Source: Flavobacteriales bacterium (GTDB taxonomy: Bacteria > Bacteroidota > Bacteroidia > Flavobacteriales_D > Sanyastnellaceae). From it: a DNA stretch of 64,000 nt. The translations under genes and the position numbers were made by a program. The notes beneath the pieces were generated by a model, which did not search any database, was not told the DNA's origin, and worked only from the letters and a program-made list of their open reading frames with translations. The DNA lies in assembly GCA_044374295.1 (NCBI GenBank), contig JBILOU010000003.1, forward strand, positions 7,988 through 71,987, in the 5' to 3' direction. Below are positions 46,700 through 55,918 of this stretch, piece after piece; positions within the stretch are counted from its first letter, which is position 1; each line of letters starts with the position of its first letter.

Positions 46700-49600
46700 C
46701 TAACGAATCACAGTTACGTGTCCAATTAATTGTTGTCTGCTTTCCAACGAGTCGAAAATTAACTTCCATGTATAGACATCGTTCGGAACAAAATACCCTT
46801 TGTATCCCGCTAACCACGGCTCATTCGGATCTCTCGTTTCGAAAATCATGATTCCCCAACGATCGAAAATTTGAAGATGGAATCCAGTTAAATTTTCGCC
46901 AACAACCAAGAATACATCGTTCAACCCATCACCGTTCGGAGTTACAGTATTTGGGACATAAACAGGGAAATAAGGCCGAACATAAACCGAATCTATTCCC
47001 ACACATCCAGTGTTGTTTATTGTTGACAGATAATACCAGGTGGGCTCTGATGGGATTGCTTCAGGATAAGCGCAGTCTGTGCAAGACAAGCCTGTGGAAG
47101 GAGACCAGTTAAAATTCAATCCGAATGTATTTCCGAATAACGTTGTACTTCCAGGATAATCGAAGTATTGATCCGGACCGGCATCAACTTCTGGTAATTG
47201 AAGAATATTCATGTACAATGAATCAGTATCTGCACATCCGTTCACGTCTGTTCCAACTACAGTGATCCATTGCGAAAACGGCGCATTTGCTAACGTTGAA
47301 CTAGAAGATGCATCAACAACACTGCTGTATGGAAGCCACGAATAAAAATCGGCACCAAAAGCTTCAATCGGATAGTACTCGCCCAGGCAAACAGTTCCGC
47401 CTTCGGATGCTACTACATTCAATTCAATGACATTGATTGACACTTCGGAATTCCCTGCTCCGCAAGAATTAGTAATAGCAACGTTGTAGGTTATTGAATT
47501 ACTTGGTGAAGCAGTCGGATTCTGAATTGTGGTTGAATTCAATCCAGCGGAGGGAGACCAGGAATAGGTGAGTCCTTCTTCCGATTGCAAAACAACGCTT
47601 TCTCCCAAACACAAATCTATGATTGGATAAGTCACACCTCCGGGAACAGTTTGTTCAACAAAAACAAAACAGCTATCGGTGGCGATGCATCCTTCGGGAG
47701 TTGTAATCGTAACGAAAAATTGCTCATCTACTGTTGGAGTTGCTACTGTGGCAGCAGTATTCAATGAACTTAATGAAGGACTTGCCTGCCATGAATAGCT
47801 TGTACCACCCGATGCCGTTAGCGGCTGTGAATCGCCAATGCAAATGGTGTGATCTGGGCCTGCTTCAGCAATTGGAATAATAACATTAACATAAACCCCA
47901 ACCGTATCACTTCCACACGCATTGAAATCAGAAACGTAATAGGTTGTCGAATTCGAAGGTGTTGCTACTGCTGAGCTTCCAATAACGTTGGAAAGCGTGG
48001 CGTCATTCAACCAGAATAAATTTGCAGAACCGGTCGCATTCAAGGACACAGACTCTCCCACACAAAGCGGATTTATCGGAGCGATAGTTGGAGGAACGAA
48101 TTCAATGATTTGAAGATTAACAGTTGCGGTATCGGATAGATAGCAGTCGTTCATGTCGGAAGCAATCATAGAAACCGTTATGTTTCCAACAGTATTGAAA
48201 ACGTGACTGGGCTGAAAGGCTGTGCTGGTTTGTCCATCTCCGAAATTCCAAATAAAATCAGAAGCATTCTGCGTTTCATTGGTGAATTGCGCAGGGGTTC
48301 CAACACAAATTTGTGAAGGCCCTTGCACATTGGCTATTGCTTCAAGTTGCCCGAGATCGAAACGAAAAACAGCGAGGTTACAGCCGAAGCTGTTGTTGGT
48401 GGAGGACCACGCTCCAGACGTTGTTGGAAAATCATCGTTGTTCTGACATCCCGCGCAGACTGCTTGATAAACAGATCCGCTCTTATCAAAACGTGACGTT
48501 CCTCCATCTACGTGCTCCGCACTTGAACTACCTCCGAGGTAAGAACCGTAAACGAGTTGCGTAGCATCTGCATTCAAAACAGCTAAATAGAAATCGCTTC
48601 CATCGGTGGTAGATTGAAATGCATCTGCGGTAATGGGTAAGTTATTTGTTGTGCTGTTGTAGGCAAGACATGTCAATGCGGGACACGTTAATGAATTGAT
48701 ATGTCCACCCCAACCGCTGAAATAAATCTGGTTGCAATCGCTTACTAAAAAAGCAGTAGGGGAAATATCAATCTCACCGCTGCCTGTTCCAATGGTGGTG
48801 TTCCAGTTGAGTGTGCTTAAAGTTGAATTGTATTTGCGAATGAATTGTCCACTGTTTGGTTGTCCGTATAATCCAGGTGTGATGCTCATGCTCCCTTTTG
48901 TTTGTCCCAAACAATAAATGTTATCATTCAAATCTGTTTGAAGGAAATACACCTGATCGTACTCTCCAGTTCCGACGAACGTTCCCGATGTTACATTGAA
49001 ATTTACAGGGTCAATTTTTAGAATGAATCCGTCTGTTGCCCCGTTCCAATTCGAATCTTCTCCGCCTGAACAGAAAGGGAAATTTTGACTCTTGGTTCCT
49101 CCGGCAACGAGAATGGAACCGTCGTTCGCGAACTCTAACGAATAGATGGCATCGGCCGCAGATCCACCAATGTATGTAGACCACAACAACATGCTTAAGC
49201 TCGGATTAAACTTCGCAATGTAACCGTCGCTATCTCCTCCTCCGTAATTCGTTTGAATGGACCCTCCGGCTAAATCAGCATTACCTCGTACACAAGAACC
49301 AATGAAAATATTGTTGTTCGCGTCGACATTCACCACACCTCGAAATGCATCACCGTAATTGTAAAACAATTCATTGGCATAGTTCAATCCATCGTTTGAC
49401 GCGTCCCCTAAAAAAGTTGACCCCGCTAAAGTTCCGCTCGCATTGAATTTCGAAATGAAAAAATCACATCCATCTGGATGTCCACTTGTAAAAAACGTAG
49501 TCATCATTAATGGAGCTCCACCGCTGAATAAGGGTTGGAAAGTTCCCAAAGTTGCAGGGAAGTCGCTACTTCCAGTTACACCAAAAACGATAATGCGATC

Positions 49601-50587
49601 AAGGTTATCTACCACAACGGAGTGTGGAGTTTCTTGATGAAGTCCACCCAGGTAAGTGCTGTATAAAAGGGCTGATCCTGTTGCATCGAATTTCGAAATT
49701 GCCACATCAAAGTAGTTGCCCGCAGTCGGATTAAAAGCTGTGGAATAAGCGTTGGCGGTTGTTGGGTAATTGTTCGCGAATACGCTTGCTCCTGAAACCA
49801 AGTTTCCGCTCAAATCATCACATGCGGTAAATCCGAAATTATTAGCTGAAGAACCTATGAATGTTGAGAATGAAATTTCAGGATCAATGATGAGCGCGAA
49901 GTTTGAATCGTATTCTCCCAACACAAATTGAAGTCGATTTCCATTCAACACATAATCGCATTTCACTTCAATTAAATGTCCGTTTATCGATTGAAAAGCG
50001 AAGGGTCTCGTTTCGTAAATTCTTCCAAGCCCGTGATGAGAAATTAAGTTTCCCGAAGTGTCTAATTCCAAACGAAGCGAATCGTGATACTTCCATGAAA
50101 TTAGATTCGGATTGACGTGAGGCTGTAGTTCAAATTGATACTTAATGGTTTTCGATTTGCCCAATAAGCGCAGGTTAATTCCTTCGTAAACATTCTGAAA
50201 ATTGATGTTTTGAAAACGCTTCACATGTGAACTCCACTTCGTTGAATCAGACCCCAAATAATAATTGAAATACCCTGGCAAATCGTCTTGTTCTTCGGCC
50301 AAATTCAAACTTGCATTTTCCAATTGTTGAAGGAAGAATAAGGTAACCGTAGAATCTGGCAGGACATTGGGCTTATGATCCGGATTAAAAATAGTTGAAT
50401 CGAAGAGCTGATAAGCGAACCCTTCAGACTGAATCCAAAACGAACCTCCAGGAATTTCTGCTTTGTACCTGACTTGCGAAGGCCATTGGCCTTTGTTCTG
50501 AATGAAAGAAATCTGCGAAGAGACAATCGCTGGCAATCCTGCCAGAAAAATCAGAAAAAATAAAAGTGCTCTTCGTTGGGGAAACAT
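46700..50587 (-). CDS. Giant secreted surface protein with beta-propeller-type repeats, a PKD domain, five tandem Ig-like repeats and a type-B T9SS C-terminal domain
   Basis: Signal peptide MFPQRRALLFFLIFLAGLPAIVSSQ. Repeated G..D.A..I..D..GN.Y..G motifs. PKD signature WNFGDGQTS. C-terminus VPNTVTPNGDGLNDVF....G.......LQIFDRWG (gliding-motility-associated CTD, type B). Confidence 0.8.
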   Translation of the reverse strand: MFPQRRALLFFLIFLAGLPAIVSSQISFIQNKGQWPSQVRYKAEIPGGSFWIQSEGFAYQLFDSTIFNPDHKPNVLPDSTVTLFFLQQLENASLNLAEEQDDLPGYFNYYLGSDSTKWSSHVKRFQNINFQNVYEGINLRLLGKSKTIKYQFELQPHVNPNLISWKYHDSLRLELDTSGNLISHHGLGRIYETRPFAFQSINGHLIEVKCDYVLNGNRLQFVLGEYDSNFALIIDPEISFSTFIGSSANNFGFTACDDLSGNLVSGASVFANNYPTTANAYSTAFNPTAGNYFDVAISKFDATGSALLYSTYLGGLHQETPHSVVVDNLDRIIVFGVTGSSDFPATLGTFQPLFSGGAPLMMTTFFTSGHPDGCDFFISKFNASGTLAGSTFLGDASNDGLNYANELFYNYGDAFRGVVNVDANNNIFIGSCVRGNADLAGGSIQTNYGGGDSDGYIAKFNPSLSMLLWSTYIGGSAADAIYSLEFANDGSILVAGGTKSQNFPFCSGGEDSNWNGATDGFILKIDPVNFNVTSGTFVGTGEYDQVYFLQTDLNDNIYCLGQTKGSMSITPGLYGQPNSGQFIRKYNSTLSTLNWNTTIGTGSGEIDISPTAFLVSDCNQIYFSGWGGHINSLTCPALTCLAYNSTTNNLPITADAFQSTTDGSDFYLAVLNADATQLVYGSYLGGSSSAEHVDGGTSRFDKSGSVYQAVCAGCQNNDDFPTTSGAWSSTNNSFGCNLAVFRFDLGQLEAIANVQGPSQICVGTPAQFTNETQNASDFIWNFGDGQTSTAFQPSHVFNTVGNITVSMIASDMNDCYLSDTATVNLQIIEFVPPTIAPINPLCVGESVSLNATGSANLFWLNDATLSNVIGSSAVATPSNSTTYYVSDFNACGSDTVGVYVNVIIPIAEAGPDHTICIGDSQPLTASGGTSYSWQASPSLSSLNTAATVATPTVDEQFFVTITTPEGCIATDSCFVFVEQTVPGGVTYPIIDLCLGESVVLQSEEGLTYSWSPSAGLNSTTIQNPTASPSNSITYNVAITNSCGAGNSEVSINVIELNVVASEGGTVCLGEYYPIEAFGADFYSWLPYSSVVDASSSSTLANAPFSQWITVVGTDVNGCADTDSLYMNILQLPEVDAGPDQYFDYPGSTTLFGNTFGLNFNWSPSTGLSCTDCAYPEAIPSEPTWYYLSTINNTGCVGIDSVYVRPYFPVYVPNTVTPNGDGLNDVFLVVGENLTGFHLQIFDRWGIMIFETRDPNEPWLAGYKGYFVPNDVYTWKLIFDSLESRQQLIGHVTVIR
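46976..48109 (-). repeat. Five tandem repeats of about 75 aa inside the T9SS cargo gene (protein-level repeat)
   Basis: Each unit carries C.G(E/D)S..L.A.G...(Y/F).W.P...L.......A.P...T.Y.V.......GC...D...V.V. Coordinates come from residue counting (ORF residues about 843-1220). Confidence 0.6.
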
Positions 50588-50641
50588 GGTCTTCGAAGAT
50601 AAGACTACTTCCGAAGACAATGCGTTGCTCGACAATAAAAA

Positions 50642-51646
50642 CTAGCTCAATTTATCTGCTAAGATGCGCATTTCCATAGCCGGAGAAATCTTCTCGTACA
50701 GAATGCGGTATACCGCTTCGGCAATAGGAATATCTGCATTGAACTTCTTGTTGATCTCGTGAATTCCGCGTGTAGCATAGTAACCCTCGGCCACCATATT
50801 CATCTCAATGGTTGCCCACTTCACGCTGTAACCCTTACCCACCATTGTACCGAACGTACGGTTTCTAGAATAAGGTGAGTATGCTGTTACCAACAAATCA
50901 CCCAAATAAGCAGAAGACTTCACATCTCTGTGCACCTCGTGTACCGAATCAATGAATCTTTCTATCTCACCAATTGCAGCCGTTACAAGTACAGCCTGAA
51001 AATTATCGCCGTATCCCAACCCGTGGCAAATTCCAGAAGCCACCGCATAGACATTTTTCAGAATGGCTGATAGTTCGGTTCCGAAAACATCTTCCGTTGT
51101 CGTGGTCTTGATGAACCTGCATTTCAACTGCTCGGCCATGTAATCGGCCTTCTCTAGATCGGAACAACCGATGGTCAAGTAGGACAACTTCTCAAGAGCT
51201 ACTTCCTCTGCATGACAAGGTCCGCAGATAATACCAATGCTATCGTATGGCACATTCCATGTTTTGTGAAAGTAGCGCGCAGGAATCGCATCGAACTCGT
51301 TGATAACACCCTTGATTGCAGAGAACAAAATCTTATTCTCCAACCCCTTCACCTCCGCCTCTTGAAAAGCGGAGTGAACAAACGCTGAGGGAATAGCAAC
51401 TACCAAAATATCACAGGCATCTACCACCTCTTGCAGGTTCGAAGAAACAAGAACTTTTTCCATATCGAATTCAATGGCTTGAATGTAATTCGGATTGTGT
51501 CCAAACTCCTGAATGTGCTTCACAGCTTCTTCATTGCGCATCCACCAATACACATGTTCTTGCGATTGACTCAATAGTTTGGTTAACGCCGTAGCCCAAC
51601 TACCTCCGCCTAATACTCCAATTGTCTTCGTTCCTGAATCTGTCAT
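50642..51646 (-). CDS. gpsA: NAD(P)H-dependent glycerol-3-phosphate dehydrogenase
   Basis: IGVLGGGSWATAL Rossmann motif and KGV....A, GDLLVT, SRN...G signatures. I prefer the start at 51646 because an exact -7 box sits 5 nt upstream. The alternative ATG is at 51664. Confidence 0.85.
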   Translation of the reverse strand: MTDSGTKTIGVLGGGSWATALTKLLSQSQEHVYWWMRNEEAVKHIQEFGHNPNYIQAIEFDMEKVLVSSNLQEVVDACDILVVAIPSAFVHSAFQEAEVKGLENKILFSAIKGVINEFDAIPARYFHKTWNVPYDSIGIICGPCHAEEVALEKLSYLTIGCSDLEKADYMAEQLKCRFIKTTTTEDVFGTELSAILKNVYAVASGICHGLGYGDNFQAVLVTAAIGEIERFIDSVHEVHRDVKSSAYLGDLLVTAYSPYSRNRTFGTMVGKGYSVKWATIEMNMVAEGYYATRGIHEINKKFNADIPIAEAVYRILYEKISPAMEMRILADKLS

Positions 51647-51651
51647 GGCTG

Positions 51652-51659
51652 CAAAGATA
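51652..51659 (-). promoter_or_regulatory. -7 promoter box (TATCTTTG on the minus strand) 5 nt upstream of the gpsA ATG
   Basis: The minus strand reads TATCTTTG-CAGCC-ATG. Confidence 0.4.
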
Positions 51660-51717
51660 ATCATTCTGAAAAACTCCGTTTTCCTTCGTAATTTGCAAGC
51701 ATTGAAGCCAATGAACT

Positions 51718-52482
51718 ATGGAAAAACTGAAAGCGATACTGGTCGACGATGAATTTTTCGCTCGCGAAAATTTGAAAATGTTGTTGGAAGATTATGCGAG
51801 TGAGCATGTTAATTTAATTGGCGAAGCAGCTTCCGTTAAAGAAGCGTTGGAATTGTGTGAAAAGAATAAAGTAGATCTGGTGTTCTTAGATATCATGATG
51901 CCCGAAGCCGATGGTTTCGCGTTTTTAGAACAAGTCAAGGACAGAAGTTTTCAAGTCGTATTTACAACAGCCTTCCGTGAATACGCTGTAAAGGCCATTA
52001 AAGAAAATGCGTTAGACTATCTCGAAAAGCCTATCGATATTGAAGAATTAAAAAATGTTGTTGCAAAAGCTGCCAAGAATCTTGAACAAAAAACTGGTTC
52101 AATAGACGAAGACAAAATCAATCGCGTACTTCAAGAAATTGCATTGCACAGCAACTTCGACAAAACCATTGTCCCAACACGCGACGGATTTGTGATACTT
52201 CGAAACAATGAATTGATTCGGTTGGAAGCCGACGAAAATTACACGACGTTGTATTGTGTAAATGGAAAGAAATACGTGAGTAGTAAAAACATAAAATCGT
52301 TCGAAGAGAAATTAGATTCGCACATGTTCATGCGCGTGCACAAATCTCACATTGTAAACATCGCCTTCCACCTGAAAGAATTTAATAGAACAGAAGGAAA
52401 CGTTGTTGTGTTATCGAACGGAGATCATGTGCCTGTTTCAAGAAGGAAATTGCAAGAGTTTTTAGACAAGATGCAAGAATAA
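51718..52482 (+). CDS. LytR/AlgR family response regulator (REC plus LytTR DNA-binding domain)
   Basis: REC motifs (ILVDDE; DLVFLDIMMP; TTA). LytTR region (IRLEADENYT.......K.......I..FE..L....F.RVHKSHIVN). Confidence 0.85.
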   Translation: MEKLKAILVDDEFFARENLKMLLEDYASEHVNLIGEAASVKEALELCEKNKVDLVFLDIMMPEADGFAFLEQVKDRSFQVVFTTAFREYAVKAIKENALDYLEKPIDIEELKNVVAKAAKNLEQKTGSIDEDKINRVLQEIALHSNFDKTIVPTRDGFVILRNNELIRLEADENYTTLYCVNGKKYVSSKNIKSFEEKLDSHMFMRVHKSHIVNIAFHLKEFNRTEGNVVVLSNGDHVPVSRRKLQEFLDKMQE

Positions 52483-52485
52483 TAA

Positions 52486-55400
52486 ATGTCGTTCAAAAAG
52501 TACATATCACTCGTTCTGCTTTGGGTTCCTTTGCTTGCATTCGGACAGCAATTCTCTTTCATTCAATACAGTTTGAAAGAAGGGTTAGCTCAAACGCAAG
52601 TGCGTTGCATTCAGCAAGACAAGCAAGGGTATGTTTGGATAGGCACACTCGGTGGCGCTTCAAAATTCAACGGAAATGACTTCGTGAATTTTAGTCGAAC
52701 CGACGGGCTCATTAACAATCAGATTAACTGCATTCATCAACTTCAAAACGAACAAATCGTTTTTGGTTCCATTGGTGGAATTTCTGTTTTAGATGGAAAC
52801 ACATTCACCAATCACAAATACTCCGGCGAACTGAATGATGCATCGACCACATCGTTGGTTGAATTCAACACGAACGAATTACTTATTGGAACAGAGCGCG
52901 GACTCATTTTCTTTTCAGAAAACAAATTCGTTGAAGATAACATCACACTTTTCTTTCAAGGAGAAAGCATCAAACGCATTCGAAAAAATAGCAACAACGA
53001 TCTGCTCGTTTCCACCAAAAAAGGAATCTGGAAACTGAAAGACAATCAATGGCAGAAGATTTATGCTTTGAACGACGAAGAAAATGTACTCTTCGATTTT
53101 ATTGAAAATTCAAACCAAGAAATTTGGGTGGTTACTTCATTGGGAGGTGTGCTCAATGTGAATACTGGCCTGCCACTCACAAACATCGGCGACTTCGCTT
53201 TGGCCAATGTGTTTACAGGAATCGATTCGAACAACGGAAACTTCTACTTCACAAGTCGAACTGGAGTTGTGATGTTCAATGAAGCAAACGGAAGCCATCT
53301 GCTTTTTTCAAAATCGAATGGGTTAGCGGTCGACGATATTCGTCAGGTCTTTATTGACCGTGAAGGCATTCAGTGGTTCGCGAGTTATGGAGGTGGTATT
53401 TTTAAACTGACGAGTACTCAATTCAAAAGCTTCAGCACCAATAATGGATTAACGGGAAATGCCGTGATGAGTATTTCGCAAGATTCACGAGGAAATTACT
53501 TCTTCGGAACCTACGACAACGGAATAAGCATCTTGTCTAATCCGACTGATAATTTTAATGCAAATTTCAATGCAGCATTGCATGAACTCTCTCCGAATTT
53601 ACGTGTTTGGACAACCTTGAAAAGTTGGGGTTGGAAAGGAGCTATTTGGATTGGAACTCCCGAAGGACTTTATGAATACGACTGTTGTTCATACGCGATG
53701 CCGCATTGGCTTCATTTCGGGAAAGAAGAAGGTTTGGAGGAAGAAGTCGTTCTTAGTCTACTGGAAAGAAGTGATGGTTCCTTGCTCATTGGAACCAACA
53801 AAGGAATTCAAGCTTATTCGAAAGAAAAGTTTCAAAGCTTTTCGCAATTGCCCAAATTCCCCGCGACAAGAATTCGTCATATGTTGGAAACGCGTGATGG
53901 AAAAATATGGATGGCCACTCGCGATGGAATTTCGCTCTTCCACAACAATACGTTTACTAATTTCGGTGAGGCGCAAGGCCTTCAAGACGCAAGTGCGTAC
54001 AGCATAGCGGAACTGCCAAACGGAGAGATCATCGCAGGAACACAATCGGGACTGTACAAAGGAAACGAAAACGGTTTTGTGCGTGTAAACATTTCAAAAG
54101 AACCGGGAGGAAACACGGTAAACTTCTTGAAGGTGATTCAAAACAAACTTTGGATTGGAACGCTGAATGGCATTTTCATTTGGGAATTGAATGAAGCCGG
54201 AGGCCTTGGTGAGCGCATGATTCACCTCAATGAATCGGACGGATTAATTAGCCTCGAAACAAACTTAAACGCCATCTTCGTTGACCTTCAAAACATGGTG
54301 TGGGTTGGAACTCCAAACGGCGTCATGCACATTGAACTGAGCGCTATTGATGCGAAATTCAACATCCCTACTCCACTTGTTCACCTCACAAATATTCAGT
54401 CGAACCTTGAGAACATCGATTGGAAAACACTTACCTCAGGAACATGGAACGGCAAGTCTTTTCCGAATGGACTCGAATTCAATTACAGACAAAATTCATT
54501 TACGTTTTTCTTCGACGCTTCAAGCACGACCTACCCTGAAAGATTAGAATTCAGTTATTGGTTGGAAGGATTAGACAGCACGTGGAGCAGCCCCACTTCA
54601 TTCTCTCAAGTGAACTTCAACAATCTTCCTTCGGGAAGTTATACGTTTCACATTCGCGCGCGAAACGGAGAATGGGGACAGTGGAGCGAAGAAGTGACTT
54701 GGCAATTCCGTGTTTTACCGCCGTGGTACATGACCTGGTGGGCCATTCTATTGGAGTTGATTTTTCTTTCGACCATTGTCATTCTTGTTTCGCGATCTAG
54801 AAGACGTAACATTCGCAACAAGCACTTAGCCGAGCAATCGGAAATGAAAGCGAAGCTGCTCATGCTTGAGCAACAAAGCATGAATTCAAGCATGAACAGG
54901 CACTTTATTTTCAACGCTCTGAATTCCATTCAATACTACATCAACCGTCAAGATCGCCTGGCTGCGAATCAATACCTCACCGACTTCGCGAAATTGATTC
55001 GCAAAAATCTAGACAGTTCACAAGAAAACTTCGCACCACTCTCGGAAGAAATTGAAAGATTGGAATTGTACTTGAAATTGGAAAGCATGCGCTTCCCAGA
55101 TAAGTTCAAGTATCACATTCAACTCGACTCGCCAGAAGTACTTCGGTCGGTTAAAATTCCGGCCATGCTTATTCAACCGTTTCTGGAAAATTCCATCTGG
55201 CACGGTTTGCTGCCTGAAGATTCCGGAGGGTTATTGAATGTATTTTTCGGGTTGAAAAATGACTGCCTTGAAATTCGAATTGAAGACAATGGAATTGGAC
55301 TGGCAGAAAGCCAAGCGCGGAAAACAAACAGCGACGGGCATATTTCTAAAGGAATGGAAATTACCCGCAGTCGAATTGCGCTCATTGAGCAGATGACTGG

Positions 55401-55524
55401 CAAACGTATTGAATTGATTGGTCCCGAAGACTGGAAATCGGAAAACGGAGAGTCGGGAACGCGCGTCACCATTCACTTCCCGAAAGATTTCCAGGAAATT
55501 TTCAATCAAGGCAACACTTTTTAA
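52486..55524 (+). CDS. Sensor histidine kinase with periplasmic two-component-regulator propeller repeats, a Y_Y_Y domain, one TM helix and a LytS-type His_kinase/HATPase
   Basis: Repeated GL..N.I..I.QD..G..W.GT..G motifs, a Y_Y_Y region (FSYWLEGLDSTWS...YTFHIRARN), a TM helix (WWAILLELIFLSTIVILV), an H-box of PF06580 type (RHFIFNALNSIQYYI) and PAMLIQPFLENSIWHG. Confidence 0.8.
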   Translation: MSFKKYISLVLLWVPLLAFGQQFSFIQYSLKEGLAQTQVRCIQQDKQGYVWIGTLGGASKFNGNDFVNFSRTDGLINNQINCIHQLQNEQIVFGSIGGISVLDGNTFTNHKYSGELNDASTTSLVEFNTNELLIGTERGLIFFSENKFVEDNITLFFQGESIKRIRKNSNNDLLVSTKKGIWKLKDNQWQKIYALNDEENVLFDFIENSNQEIWVVTSLGGVLNVNTGLPLTNIGDFALANVFTGIDSNNGNFYFTSRTGVVMFNEANGSHLLFSKSNGLAVDDIRQVFIDREGIQWFASYGGGIFKLTSTQFKSFSTNNGLTGNAVMSISQDSRGNYFFGTYDNGISILSNPTDNFNANFNAALHELSPNLRVWTTLKSWGWKGAIWIGTPEGLYEYDCCSYAMPHWLHFGKEEGLEEEVVLSLLERSDGSLLIGTNKGIQAYSKEKFQSFSQLPKFPATRIRHMLETRDGKIWMATRDGISLFHNNTFTNFGEAQGLQDASAYSIAELPNGEIIAGTQSGLYKGNENGFVRVNISKEPGGNTVNFLKVIQNKLWIGTLNGIFIWELNEAGGLGERMIHLNESDGLISLETNLNAIFVDLQNMVWVGTPNGVMHIELSAIDAKFNIPTPLVHLTNIQSNLENIDWKTLTSGTWNGKSFPNGLEFNYRQNSFTFFFDASSTTYPERLEFSYWLEGLDSTWSSPTSFSQVNFNNLPSGSYTFHIRARNGEWGQWSEEVTWQFRVLPPWYMTWWAILLELIFLSTIVILVSRSRRRNIRNKHLAEQSEMKAKLLMLEQQSMNSSMNRHFIFNALNSIQYYINRQDRLAANQYLTDFAKLIRKNLDSSQENFAPLSEEIERLELYLKLESMRFPDKFKYHIQLDSPEVLRSVKIPAMLIQPFLENSIWHGLLPEDSGGLLNVFFGLKNDCLEIRIEDNGIGLAESQARKTNSDGHISKGMEITRSRIALIEQMTGKRIELIGPEDWKSENGESGTRVTIHFPKDFQEIFNQGNTF

Positions 55525-55560
55525 AAGATTTCGTTACATTTGTATAGACTTCGGTCCACT

Positions 55561-55848
55561 ATGAAAAAACTCAATTACATAACGCTCCTATTTTTTGTTG
55601 CATTGGCATTCGCTTCATGCAGTAAATCTGTTTGGATGGAAGAAGTTACTTCCGTTGGAACCGAGCGTTCTGAAATCGTTGATAACACTGAGTTAAACAC
55701 AGATAGTGATATTCTAGAAGAATCTTCAACTCCGAACAGTAATCGTAATTCTGAAGGCGGTTCAGACATTACAGATGATGAGGACGACGGCATTACGGAC
55801 GACGAAGACGAAGACGATACCGACCAAACAGGCAAGAAGAAAAAATAA
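55561..55848 (+). CDS. Small lipoprotein with an extremely acidic C-terminal tail
   Basis: Lipobox AFASC. The tail reads GGSDITDDEDDGITDDEDEDDTDQTGKKKK. I place the start at MKKLNY (55561). Confidence 0.45.
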   Translation: MKKLNYITLLFFVALAFASCSKSVWMEEVTSVGTERSEIVDNTELNTDSDILEESSTPNSNRNSEGGSDITDDEDDGITDDEDEDDTDQTGKKKK

Positions 55849-55888
55849 CTCTTCACTCCTCTCAAAAAACTTTTTTAACAATTTCAAA

Positions 55889-55906
55889 TCTTGTGATATC
55901 ACGAGA
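55889..55906. promoter_or_regulatory. Near-perfect 18-bp palindrome directly upstream of, and abutting, the dinB -7 box (candidate operator)
   Basis: TCTTGTGATATCACGAGA. The core GTGATATCAC (55893-55902) is a perfect palindrome, and one mismatched pair occurs in the 18-mer. Confidence 0.4.
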
Positions 55907-55914
55907 TAAGTTTG
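55907..55914 (+). promoter_or_regulatory. -7 promoter box (TAAGTTTG) 4 nt upstream of the dinB ATG
   Basis: Exact TAnnTTTG match followed by CTTT-ATG. Confidence 0.4.
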
Positions 55915-55918
55915 CTTT

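Noticed and set aside
55575-55865. 96-aa Ser-rich minus-strand ORF opposite the acidic lipoprotein gene.
   Set aside because: It is the complement of GAC/GAA-rich acidic codons (GTC/TTC read as Ser/Val runs). The plus-strand ORF has a proper lipoprotein signal peptide.
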